This document shows, piece after piece, positions 8,475 to 19,066 of a DNA stretch of 46,952 nucleotides. Below the pieces are notes generated by a model. The model did not search any database and was not told the DNA's origin. It worked only from the letters and a program-made list of their open reading frames with translations. A program made the translations under genes and the position numbers. Source of the DNA: Candidatus Krumholzibacteriia bacterium (GTDB lineage: Bacteria; Krumholzibacteriota; Krumholzibacteriia; LZORAL124-64-63). The stretch spans positions 1-46,952 of the forward strand of contig JAWOID010000086.1 in NCBI GenBank assembly GCA_046484865.1, read 5' to 3'. Within the stretch, counting starts at the first letter, position 1, and every line of letters starts with the position of its first letter.

Positions 8475-9944
8475 ATGAGGCTTCTGCCTGATTGCTGTGC
8501 ATCCGTCCGCCGGCGCCCAGCGTTGCCGGCGAGATCGAGCGTGCCTGCGGGCGCGCTGTTCCCCCTGACCACGGTCTTCCTGCTCGTCTGCCTCGCCGTA
8601 CCGGGCACCGCGACCGCGCGACCCGACGGGGTGCGCGTCGAACGCATCCGGCATTTCTCCGGGCCGGAGCACACCCGGGTCGTGCTCGACCTGTCGGGGC
8701 CTCCCTCGTACGAGGTCCGGCAGGTGGCCTCTCCCCACCGGCTGGCGATCAATGTGGCCGGAGCGCGGTTCGCGCTGGCCGCCACCGTGCCGGTGGGGGA
8801 CGGGATCGTGGAGCGGGTGCGCTGCAATGCCGGCACCGCTCGGGCGCAGGTGGTCCTCGACCTGGCCCGGCCCGCGCGCCACGAGTGCTTCGTACTCGGA
8901 CCGGCGGCGGGTCGGCCGCACCGGCTGGTCATCGACGTCTTCCGCACGGCCGCGGCCACCGCCCCGCCTGCCGATCGTCCCGCCGCCACCTCGTCCGCCG
9001 GACCCGCTTCCGGTCCGCCCTTGCCGGAGCGTCCGTTCGTGGTCGTGATCGATCCGGGACACGGCGGGCTCGATCCGGGCGCCATCCGGGCGGGGCTTCG
9101 CGAGAAGGACGTGGTGCTCGCCGTGGCCCTCGAGATGAAGCGGCTGCTGGACGATCTGCCCGGCTACCGGGCCGTGCTCACCCGCGACGGCGACCGGTAT
9201 CCGAGCCTCGCCCGGCGGGTGGCGGTGGCCAGGGAGGCACAGGGGGACCTCTTCCTGTCGATCCACTGCAATACCCACCGGAGAGAGGCCGTCGCCGGCA
9301 TGGAGGTGTACTTCCTCTCCCTGCAGGGCGCCACCGATCGTGAGGCGCAGGAACTGGCCGACGCGGAGAACGCGGCCCACCTGGTGGGGCTCGCGCCCGG
9401 CGAGCCGCGCAGCGAACTGGTCGTGAACATCCTGATGGACCTGAGGAAGACCCGGGTCCTGCGCGAGTCGCAGCGGCTCTGCCTCGACCTGCTGGAGACT
9501 GCGGCCGGCAGCGAGATCGTCGGCGCACGCCGGGTGAAGCAGGCTCGCTTCCAGGTGCTGCGGAACCTGGCCATGCCGTCGGCCCTGGTGGAACTCGCCT
9601 ACCTGTCCAACGTTTCGGATCGCAAGCTGCTGGCATCGGCCGACGGGCGCCGGCAACTCGCCGCGTTGCTCGTGGACGGGATCCGCCGCCATCGCGAGGG
9701 CGAACAGCCGCTGGTGGCCTCCGCGAGCGTCCCGCCGGCGCGTGGGGCCATTCTCGCCGCGGCCGGCGGCGGCGCGCGCGGACGTTCCGGCTGGAGCCAC
9801 GCCTATCGCGTCCGGCAGGGCGACAATCTGTGGCGGCTGGCGCGACTGCACGGCACCACCATCGACGAGATCGCCCGCCACAACGGCCTGCACACGTCCC
9901 ATCTGCAAGAGGGACAGCTACTCACGCTGCCGGAAGGCGACTAG
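8475..9944 (+). CDS. amiC: N-acetylmuramoyl-L-alanine amidase (AMIN + Amidase_3 + LysM), AmiC-like
   Basis: TRVVLDL/RLVIDV AMIN strands; IDPGHGG, EKDV, SIHCN, LVELAYLSN; C-terminal LysM YRVRQGDNLWRLA. Start may be slightly downstream. Confidence 0.88.
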   Translation: MRLLPDCCASVRRRPALPARSSVPAGALFPLTTVFLLVCLAVPGTATARPDGVRVERIRHFSGPEHTRVVLDLSGPPSYEVRQVASPHRLAINVAGARFALAATVPVGDGIVERVRCNAGTARAQVVLDLARPARHECFVLGPAAGRPHRLVIDVFRTAAATAPPADRPAATSSAGPASGPPLPERPFVVVIDPGHGGLDPGAIRAGLREKDVVLAVALEMKRLLDDLPGYRAVLTRDGDRYPSLARRVAVAREAQGDLFLSIHCNTHRREAVAGMEVYFLSLQGATDREAQELADAENAAHLVGLAPGEPRSELVVNILMDLRKTRVLRESQRLCLDLLETAAGSEIVGARRVKQARFQVLRNLAMPSALVELAYLSNVSDRKLLASADGRRQLAALLVDGIRRHREGEQPLVASASVPPARGAILAAAGGGARGRSGWSHAYRVRQGDNLWRLARLHGTTIDEIARHNGLHTSHLQEGQLLTLPEGD

Positions 9945-9950
9945 AAGGGC

Positions 9951-10892
9951 ATGAACCGTCTCGGGCTGAAGCTCGCCTGCGTCGTGGCCTCGGTGATCAT
10001 CTGGATCCAGGTCGCGGCCACCACCACCACCGAGGCGACGCTCCAGCTGCCGCTGGAGGTCGTCAATCTGCCCGAGAACACCACCGTCGCCGGAAGCAAA
10101 CTCCCCGAGACCGTGGGCGTCCGCGTCAGGGGCAGCAAGCTGCGTCTGCTGGGACACTCGTTCCTGAATCGCACCGCGGGCCGCGTCGTCGTGGATCTCG
10201 CGGGGCACGGTCCGGGCGAGACCGTCGTGCGCGACGTCTCGCCCGCCGACGTCCGCAGCGAGCTCGAGACCGCGGCCGTCCAGCCGCCGGTGCGGCTCCG
10301 GGTGCGGGTGGACCGGCAAGCGCAGCGCCGGGTGCCCGTGGTGGTGCCGACGGGGGGCAGCCTGAAGGGAGACCGTCAGCTGATGGCCCCCCTGCGGGCG
10401 GTTCCGGACTCGGTGACCCTCTCGGGCCCGCAGCGCCTGGTGGCGGCCGTCGATTCGCTGCTGACCGAACCCGTGGATCTGGCGCGCCTGGACCAGTCGA
10501 CGAACCTGCAGCGTGAGGTGCCGGTCCCGTCGCCGCACCTGGAGGCGTCCCCCGACGTCGTTTCGGTGCCGGTGAAGGTGGCGCGGGTGGAGGAGCGGAC
10601 CGTCGCCAACGTGCCCGTGGTGCCGCTCGTCGACGCCGACCAGGCGGAGGTGGCGGTGTCACCACCGGTGGCCGACCTGATGGTGCGGGGGCCGGCCGAC
10701 AGCATCCGTGCCCTCGTGCCTGCTCGTCTCGCGGTGACGCTGCCGGTGGGGGGGCTGCCGGAGGGCATCCACCACCTGCGCGGACAGGTGGCGCGTCCAG
10801 ACTGGCTGACGCTGCTGGCGGTGATGCCGGACTCGTTCATGGTCATCGTGGGAGAGCCGGACCGGGCATCCGCGGCCGGTGGCAGCCGGTGA
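9951..10892 (+). CDS. CdaR/YbbR-repeat family membrane-anchored protein
   Basis: N-terminal LKLACVVASVIIW anchor; repeated P..V.V.G(P/S) units (PETVGVRVRGS, PDSVTLSGP, PPVADLMVRGP). Confidence 0.75.
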   Translation: MNRLGLKLACVVASVIIWIQVAATTTTEATLQLPLEVVNLPENTTVAGSKLPETVGVRVRGSKLRLLGHSFLNRTAGRVVVDLAGHGPGETVVRDVSPADVRSELETAAVQPPVRLRVRVDRQAQRRVPVVVPTGGSLKGDRQLMAPLRAVPDSVTLSGPQRLVAAVDSLLTEPVDLARLDQSTNLQREVPVPSPHLEASPDVVSVPVKVARVEERTVANVPVVPLVDADQAEVAVSPPVADLMVRGPADSIRALVPARLAVTLPVGGLPEGIHHLRGQVARPDWLTLLAVMPDSFMVIVGEPDRASAAGGSR

Positions 10893-11839
10893 GCCCGATG
10901 CCGGCAGGCGGCCGGCCGCTCCCGGGGCGGTTGCCCGTGGCAGCGGTGCTGGGCGCCGCCTTCGTGCTCCTGCTGGCGGTCGGCGCGCTGCTGCTGCCGG
11001 ACGATCTCCGGCTGGGGGGCCGTCCGGCAGGCCGGTTGCTGGTCCTGGATCCGCTGGCGATCGAGCGGGGCGACGTCGCCTTCGGCCCCCTGGCCGACTG
11101 GCTGGCCGCCGCCACCGGGCTCGATCTGCAACTGGAACTGGTGACCAGTTCCTCGGCCATGCAGGCCGATGTCCTGGAGCGCGCGGCCGTCGTCTTCTGT
11201 CCGGACCTGACGGCCATCGCGCTCGACTCCGGATTCGTCCCCGTCGCGGCCGCGAACAGGAGGATTCCCTACAACCTGCAGCCGCGACCGGTCCTGATCT
11301 ACCGGAAGGCGGCGGGCCGCCGCGAGGCGCCCTGGAACTCGGATCCCGGCCGGACGGTTCTCGGCGATACCCTGACCCTGGCGGCGCTCGGCGGCGTGCT
11401 GGCCGCTGGTGATGCGCCCCCGGCCGCCTGGGCCCAGCTGCGCTGCGCCGCCGGTCCCGATCCCTTCGATCACCGTCTGGTTCTGCACGCGGCGCGGCTG
11501 GGCTGCTTCGACTATGCCCTGGTGCGCGAGTGGGCCGCCCGGTCGTTCCTGGAGGCGCAGCTGGTGGACGAGGCGGAATGGGGCATCGATGTCCTCGACC
11601 AGCCCGTGCCCGACTACGTGGTGATGACCTCCCGGCGGCTGGGGACCGCCGACCGGGAGCGGCTGCGGGACGCGCTGCTGCAGCTGCGCGGACCGGACGA
11701 GCGGGATTCGGCCGCGAGGGCGGCGGCGGTGGCGGGACTGCAGCGCGTGGGATTGAGCGGTTTCGTGCCGCTGCTGGAGACAGCTCTCGACCGCAGCCGG
11801 AGCCGTCTGGCCGGCCGCTGGCCCTCGCCCGCCGGATGA
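10889..11839 (+). CDS. PhnD/phosphonate-binding-like periplasmic binding protein, membrane anchored
   Basis: N-terminal TM; FGPLADWLAAATGL and PVPDYVVMTSRRL...LRDALLQL resemble PhnD-family segments; GTGA overlap with the upstream gene. Confidence 0.55.
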   Translation: MSPMPAGGRPLPGRLPVAAVLGAAFVLLLAVGALLLPDDLRLGGRPAGRLLVLDPLAIERGDVAFGPLADWLAAATGLDLQLELVTSSSAMQADVLERAAVVFCPDLTAIALDSGFVPVAAANRRIPYNLQPRPVLIYRKAAGRREAPWNSDPGRTVLGDTLTLAALGGVLAAGDAPPAAWAQLRCAAGPDPFDHRLVLHAARLGCFDYALVREWAARSFLEAQLVDEAEWGIDVLDQPVPDYVVMTSRRLGTADRERLRDALLQLRGPDERDSAARAAAVAGLQRVGLSGFVPLLETALDRSRSRLAGRWPSPAG

Positions 11840-11874
11840 CCCATATTGTCGCCCCCTGCAGCGTCGGCGAGCCG

Positions 11875-11923
11875 GCGGCCGCGACCGCCGGCTTCGGCGC
11901 GCCCCGGGGGTGGTCGCGGTCGC
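11875..11923 (+). terminator. GC-rich 15-bp stem-loop between the PhnD-like gene and hisS (no U-tract)
   Basis: GCGGCCGCGACCGCC pairs with GGTGGTCGCGGTCGC (two G-U pairs). Confidence 0.35.
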
Positions 11924-11936
11924 CGGGGCCCGGGTA

Positions 11937-11945
11937 TGTTATGCT
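11937..11945 (+). promoter_or_regulatory. putative extended -10 promoter for the hisS operon
   Basis: TGtTATGCT; no clear -35. Confidence 0.4.
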
Positions 11946-11990
11946 GGCCGGTCGTGGCCTGGCGCCCGATCGGATGGAGGAGCCGACTCG

Positions 11991-13261
<1,271 letters not shown>

Positions 13262-13265
<4 letters not shown>

Positions 13266-15079
13266 GCATCGGCAACGGCGACACCGGGCTGCGCACGCAT
13301 CGCTGCGGCGCCGTCCACGAGAACCTGGTGGGCGAGGAGGTGCGCCTGGCCGGCTGGGCGGCCCGCATCCGGAACATGGGCGGCCTGGTCTTCGTCGACC
13401 TGCGCGACCGCTGGGGCGAGGTGCAGGTGGTCTGCGAGGGTGGCCAGCCGCTGGACCTCGCCCGCGATTTCCGTTTGGAGTCGGTCCTGGCCGTGCGCGG
13501 GCGGGTGCGTCCGCGCCCCGAGGGGATGGTGAACCCGGACAAGGCGACCGGGGCGGTGGAGGTGGTGGCGCACGAGGTGGCGATCCTCAATCCCGCGGCG
13601 CCGCTGCCCTTCCAGCTGGACCAGGCGGACAAGGCGTCGGAGGAGCTGCGCCTGCGGTACCGGTATCTGCACCTGCGGCGACCCGAGATGCTGCACAACC
13701 TGCGTGTCCGGCACCTGGCGGCCATGGCGGCCCGCCGCTACCTGGCCGACCGCGACTTCATGGAGGTGGAGACCCCTCTCCTGATCAAGACCACGCCGGA
13801 GGGGGCGCGCGACTACGTGGTGCCCAGCCGCATCCACCGCGGAGCATTCTACGCCCTGCCGCAGTCGCCCCAGCTGTACAAGCAGATCCTCATGGCCGCG
13901 GGGCTCGACCGCTACTTCCAGCTGGCCCGCTGCCTTCGCGACGAGGACCTGCGCCGTGATCGCCAGCCGGAGCACACGCAGATCGACCTCGAGATGAGCT
14001 TCGTGCGCGAGGACGACGTGTTCGAGGTCGTCGAGGGCATGATGCGGGCCGTGTTCGCGGAGGCGGCCGGCGTCGACCTGCCCACGCCGTTCCCTCGGAT
14101 CAGCCACGACGAGGCGTTGACGCTGTACGGGTCGGACAAGCCGGACCTGCGCTTCGGCTGCCCGATCCACGACCTCGACGACCTGGCGCCGGGCTGCGGT
14201 TTCCAGGTGTTCGAGCAGGCGGTAGCGGAGGGCGGCAGCGTGCGGGCCCTCGCGGCCACGGGCTGCGGTGGTTACAGCCGCAAGCAGCTGGACGAGCTGG
14301 AGGCGCTCGGCAAGCTGCGCGGACTGAAGGGACTGGCGCGGTTGAAGATCGGAGCGGCGGGTCCGGAGGGCGGCATCGCCAAATTCCTGTCGGAGGTCTT
14401 CACGCGCGTGCTGCAGGAGCGTCTGGGACTCAAGGACGGCGACCTGGTGCTCTTCGGGGCGGGGCCGCGGACGGTGGTGCTGCCGGCGCTCGGCGCCCTG
14501 CGGCTGGAGCTGGCTGCGCGCGAGGGCTGGATCCCCGCCGGCGCCTGGGCGCTCGCCTGGGTGCACGGCTTCCCGCTCTTCGAGCGCGACGAGGAGACCG
14601 GCGGCTGGGCCGCCAGCCACCACATGTTCACCCAGCCGCGGCCGGAGCATCTCGACGGGATGGAGGAGGATCCGGGCCGGGTGCGCGCCCAGCTGTACGA
14701 TCTGGTCTGCAACGGGGTCGAACTCGGTTCGGGCAGCATCCGGATCCACCGTCGCGACGTGCAGGAGCGTGTCTTCCGCATCGTGGGCATGTCGGAGGCG
14801 GAGTCGCTGGACAAGTTCGGGTTCTTCCTCGAGGCACTCGGCTACGGGGCGCCGCCTCACGGCGGCATCGCGCTCGGCCTGGACCGTATCGTGATGCTGC
14901 TCACGGGCAGCCCGTCGCTGCGTGAGGTCATCGCGTTCCCCAAGACGCACCTGGCGTCGTCGCCGCTCGACGGCGCTCCCGCGACGATCAGTCCCCGGCA
15001 GCTCGAGGAACTCGGGCTGCGCATCGTGCCCCGTGCCGACGGGCCGGCGGCGCCGGCGGAGGAAGGCAGCCGACCATGA
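13262..15079 (+). CDS. aspS: aspartate--tRNA ligase (bacterial type with GAD insert)
   Basis: RTHRCG, TPEGARDY, LPQSPQLYKQ, RDEDLRRDRQPE, PPHGGIALGLDR, VIAFPKT. Confidence 0.97.
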
Positions 15080-16158
15080 GCGCCGACCGGAACCGTGACC
15101 GGCGCACTCACGAGATCGATCTCGCCGGCGTGGACCAGCTCGCCCTGCTGGGCGCCGGCGACGCCAACCTGCGCTGGCTCGACGACCGCTTTTCCGGCAC
15201 CCTGGTGGTGCGGGGCGATCATCTGGTCATCGCCGGTCCCCGTGACGAGGCCGACGCCATGCGCGACGTGCTCGAGGACGCGGTCGAGCGGGCGCGCCGC
15301 GGCCGGGCGGTGGATGCCGTGACCCTCGACTATCTCTGGTCGCAGCGCACCGGCGAGCGCGAGGTCGCGCCCTGGCCCGAGGACGACGAGCCGCTGGTCT
15401 TCTTCAGCGGCACGCGGCGCTCGATCCAGGTGAAGACGCCCGGACAGCAGATCTACGTCGAGGCCGTGCGCGACCACGACGTGGTCTTCGTCACGGGTCC
15501 GGCGGGAACCGGCAAGACGTTCCTGGCCGTGGTCATGGCCATGGACTACCTCAAGCGGAACCTGGTCGACCGCATCATCCTGGTGCGCCCGGCGGTGGAG
15601 GCGGGAGAGCAGCTCGGGTTCCTGCCCGGCGATCTCCAGGAGAAGATCAATCCCTACCTGCGTCCGCTGTACGATGCGCTGTCCGATATCGTCGGTCCGG
15701 CCCGCATCGGCCGCTACATGCAGGCGGGGGTGATCGAGGCGTCGCCGCTGGCCTTCATGCGGGGGCGGACGCTGAACAATGCCTTCGTCATCCTGGACGA
15801 GGCCCAGAACACCACGGTGGGTCAGATGAAGATGTTTCTCACCCGCCTCGGACAGCAATCGAAGGCGGTGGTCACCGGCGACATCACCCAGATCGATCTC
15901 AAGGACCGGACCGCGTCGGGGCTCGTGCACGTGCGCCAGATCCTGCGCGGCACCGAGGGCATCGCCTTCGTGCAGCTGGAGAACCGGGACGTGCTGCGGC
16001 ACCCGCTCGTGAAGCGGATCGTCGAGGCCTTCGACCTGGTGGAGGCGCGGGGCGAGGTCTTCGGCAGCGGCAGCGCCGGCGCGCGATCGGAAACCCCGGC
16101 GGCGGGTTCCGGCGCGACCGGCGATGACGGCGCGGCGCCCGGCCGCCGAGAGGACTGA
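15076..16158 (+). CDS. phoH: PhoH/YbeZ family ATPase
   Basis: GPAGTGKT, RPAVEAGEQLGFLPG, PLAFMRGRTL, ILDEAQN, GDITQIDL. Confidence 0.95.
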   Translation: MSADRNRDRRTHEIDLAGVDQLALLGAGDANLRWLDDRFSGTLVVRGDHLVIAGPRDEADAMRDVLEDAVERARRGRAVDAVTLDYLWSQRTGEREVAPWPEDDEPLVFFSGTRRSIQVKTPGQQIYVEAVRDHDVVFVTGPAGTGKTFLAVVMAMDYLKRNLVDRIILVRPAVEAGEQLGFLPGDLQEKINPYLRPLYDALSDIVGPARIGRYMQAGVIEASPLAFMRGRTLNNAFVILDEAQNTTVGQMKMFLTRLGQQSKAVVTGDITQIDLKDRTASGLVHVRQILRGTEGIAFVQLENRDVLRHPLVKRIVEAFDLVEARGEVFGSGSAGARSETPAAGSGATGDDGAAPGRRED

Positions 16159-16160
16159 CC

Positions 16161-18515
16161 GTGAGGAACTGGCTTCCCAACCCGCGCCGGTGGCTCGACG
16201 AGCGGCGGGGCCTGCGTGACGGTCGCCTGACGGCGAGAGGCGCCGCCCGCCTGCTGTCCGACGGCGCCGTGCGCCCCCGGGGCCGCGACTGGCTGTGGCC
16301 GCTCGGCATGGCCCTGCTGATCCTGATCCTCCATCTGATCCTCTTCCCGCCGCTGCCGCGGTTCACCTCCGATTTTCCGGCGATGGGTGAGATCGCGGAG
16401 GAGGAGGTGCGGGCGCCCATCACGTTCCGCGCACCGCTCCTGGGGCGCGACGTGGAGATGCGTCGCCTGGAGAAGGTGGTCGTGGAACCCCCGGTGCTGC
16501 GCGAGTTGCTCACGCAGCCGGGACAGGATCCGCGCGAGCGTTTCGCGAGCTTCCGCACCGCCGTGCGGGAGCAGCGAGAGCGACGGAACGCGGGCGCGGA
16601 GGAGGACGCGGCCGCGTTGCTGGCCCTGCAGTACCCGCAGATCACGGAGGCGGACCTGCGCCGGCTGATCCAGGATCCCGATGCGCCCAGGCTCCTGAAC
16701 GAGATGGAGCGCGTGCTTTCGGAGGTGGTGGGGGACGGCGTGGTCGACATGCTGCCCCCGGGCAGCTATACCCGCGTCTGGGTGGTCCGCAACAAGACCG
16801 AGACGCTGCGCGAGGTCGGCGAGGTCACCCCGCAGTCGCGAATCAGCGAGCGGCTCACCGCGAGTCTGCGGTCGCGCGAGCTGTCGCCGGTCGACGCCGT
16901 CTGGGCGGCGGGGGTGCTGCGGCCGTTCGTCATCCCCAACGTGGTGTTCGACGCCGAGGAGTCGCGGCAGCGCCAGGCGCAGGTGCGGGACACCGTCGCC
17001 ACGGAGCGCGAGTTCATCCGGGGCGAGCGCATCGTCGACCGGGGGGTGCGGGTCACCGAGCAGCAGGCGCTCTACCTGCAGAAGCTCGCCGACACGCTGG
17101 CCGAGCGGGGCGGCGGGGCGAGCCCGGGTCAGCGTCTGCGGGCGCACGCCACGCGGACGGTGCTGTTGCTGCTGATCCTCGGACTGTACGGCTGGCTCGC
17201 CGTGGTGCACTTCGCGCACGTCCTGGTGCGTCGGCGGATCCTGCTGGCCCTGGGCATCAGCATCCTGGCGTACCTCGGTGGCGCGGCCTTCGCGCTCCAT
17301 CAACCCGGCCTGGGCGCGTTCGCGGTGCCGGTGATCCTGCTGTCCCTGCTGGCGACCGTGCTGTTCCGCGACCGGGTCGGCTACGCCACCTCGCTGCTGG
17401 CGGTGGGGTTGCTGCTGATGCTGCCGGACCTGACCACCGGCGAGTCGCTCGCCTTGTTGCTGCTGGGCACGGTGACGGTGGTCGCGGTGCGACGCATCCA
17501 GAAGCGCAGCCAGTTCTACCAGACGATCGGCTTGCTCACGCTGCTCTCCCTCGTGCTGATCACCGTGGTCCGTACTGCCGAGGGCGGGGCCTGGAGCGCG
17601 ATCGGAGCCGAGTACCTCGTGGGGCTGTTCACTCCCATCCTGCTGGTGGCGTTCGCCCTCTTCCTGCTGCCCGTGATCGAACCGCTGGTGGGAGTGGTGA
17701 GCGACCTCACCCTCCTCGAACTGTCCGACCTCAACCACCCGCTGCTGCAGCGCATGGCCCTGGAGGCTCCGGGGAGCTTCCATCACAGTCAGGTGGTCGG
17801 TCAGCTCGGCGAGACGGCGGCGCGCGCCATCCGCGCCAACGCCTTGCTGGTGAGGGTCGGTGCGCTCTTCCACGACATCGGCAAGATGGCGAAGCCGGAG
17901 TACTACGTGGAGAACCAGCACCCCGGCGGCGGCCGCAACCGGCACGACGAGCTGAGCCCGAGCATGAGCGCGCTGGTGATCGCGGCCCACGTGAAGGACG
18001 GCATGGAGATGGGCCGCAAGTGGCGCCTGCCGCGGGCGGTCATCGATTTCATTCCCGAGCACCACGGCACGCAGGTGATGGAGTACTTCTATCACAAGGC
18101 CCTGGAGGGAGACGGGAACGAGACGGTGAAGGTGGACGACTTCCGCTACCCCGGCCCCAAGCCGCAGAGCCGGGAGACGGCCGTCCTGATGCTGGCCGAC
18201 GCCGTCGAGGCGGCCACGCGCTCGCTGGCCAAGCCCACGCCGGGGCGCATCCGCGAGATCACGAAGCAGATCGTGGACAAGCGCATGCTCAGTGGCGAAC
18301 TCGACGAGTGCAACCTGACGCTGGCGGACCTGGCCCGCATCCGGGAGGCGTTCATCCCGCTGCTCACCGGCATCCACCACGCGCGGATCGCCTACCCCGG
18401 CCAGCGCGAGGACGGGCGGAGCCGGGAGCGCGGCCGGGAGCGCGGCGACCGGCGCGAACCGCGGCGGGAAGAGCAGACCGTGGAATCGCGGGTCGACCGC
18501 GGTGGCGAGCCGTGA
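16161..18515 (+). CDS. 7TM-HD (HDIG) metal-dependent phosphohydrolase, PgpH/YqfF-like
   Basis: Large extracytoplasmic domain, ~7 TM helices, LLELSDLNHPLL, APGSFHHS, HDIGK, EHHGT, RYPGPKPQSRE, MLADAVEA. Confidence 0.92.
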   Translation: MRNWLPNPRRWLDERRGLRDGRLTARGAARLLSDGAVRPRGRDWLWPLGMALLILILHLILFPPLPRFTSDFPAMGEIAEEEVRAPITFRAPLLGRDVEMRRLEKVVVEPPVLRELLTQPGQDPRERFASFRTAVREQRERRNAGAEEDAAALLALQYPQITEADLRRLIQDPDAPRLLNEMERVLSEVVGDGVVDMLPPGSYTRVWVVRNKTETLREVGEVTPQSRISERLTASLRSRELSPVDAVWAAGVLRPFVIPNVVFDAEESRQRQAQVRDTVATEREFIRGERIVDRGVRVTEQQALYLQKLADTLAERGGGASPGQRLRAHATRTVLLLLILGLYGWLAVVHFAHVLVRRRILLALGISILAYLGGAAFALHQPGLGAFAVPVILLSLLATVLFRDRVGYATSLLAVGLLLMLPDLTTGESLALLLLGTVTVVAVRRIQKRSQFYQTIGLLTLLSLVLITVVRTAEGGAWSAIGAEYLVGLFTPILLVAFALFLLPVIEPLVGVVSDLTLLELSDLNHPLLQRMALEAPGSFHHSQVVGQLGETAARAIRANALLVRVGALFHDIGKMAKPEYYVENQHPGGGRNRHDELSPSMSALVIAAHVKDGMEMGRKWRLPRAVIDFIPEHHGTQVMEYFYHKALEGDGNETVKVDDFRYPGPKPQSRETAVLMLADAVEAATRSLAKPTPGRIREITKQIVDKRMLSGELDECNLTLADLARIREAFIPLLTGIHHARIAYPGQREDGRSRERGRERGDRREPRREEQTVESRVDRGGEP
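18421..18444 (+). repeat. 12-bp tandem duplication GCCGGGAGCGCG x2 (RERG RERG) in the HD-protein tail
   Basis: Read directly. Confidence 0.7.
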
Positions 18516-19066
18516 AGCTGAGCCTGGTGGATCGCCGCGGGCCGGACGTGCCGGAGACGGCCTGGCGGCCCGATGCCGCCGTCGTGACCGGGCTCGAGGT
18601 GCTGCTGGCCGCCGTGGGGCTGCCGGGCTGGCGAGCGGTCCTGGTGCTCGTGGACGACGAGGAGATGGCAGCCCTCAACCACCGGTACCGCGGAGCGGCG
18701 GAGCCCACGGACGTGCTGTCCTTCTCGTATCTGGAGCAGGACGGCGCCGGCCGGGCCGACCTGACGGCCGGCCGTCGCCACGCCGCCCGCGATCTCTGGT
18801 GCGATCGCGACGGCGACGCCGGACCGGAGGACTGCGAGGTGGGCGAGATCGTGCTGGCGCCGGCGTTCGTGGCCCAGCGCTGCGCGGCCCGGGGCTGGGA
18901 CCTCGAGGCGGAGTGGGCGCTGCTGGTGGTCCACGGCGCGCTGCACCTGCTGGGCTGGGAGCACCGGAGCATCGACGAGCGCCGCGCCATGCGCGCGGTG
19001 GAGGCGCAATTGCTCGCGCGGCGGGGCATCGGCCATCCGTTGCGCGACGAACCGACGGAGGATTGA
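18512..19066 (+). CDS. ybeY: rRNA maturation endoribonuclease YbeY
   Basis: LNHRYRG, PTDVLSF, GEIVL, HGALHLLGWEH; GTGA overlap with the upstream stop. Confidence 0.93.
   Translation: MKLSLVDRRGPDVPETAWRPDAAVVTGLEVLLAAVGLPGWRAVLVLVDDEEMAALNHRYRGAAEPTDVLSFSYLEQDGAGRADLTAGRRHAARDLWCDRDGDAGPEDCEVGEIVLAPAFVAQRCAARGWDLEAEWALLVVHGALHLLGWEHRSIDERRAMRAVEAQLLARRGIGHPLRDEPTED

Noticed and set aside
11840..11990. T-box leader before hisS-aspS (also considered for glyQS)
   Set aside because: Too short, no AAGGUGGnACC-type T-box with terminator; glyQ has no leader at all
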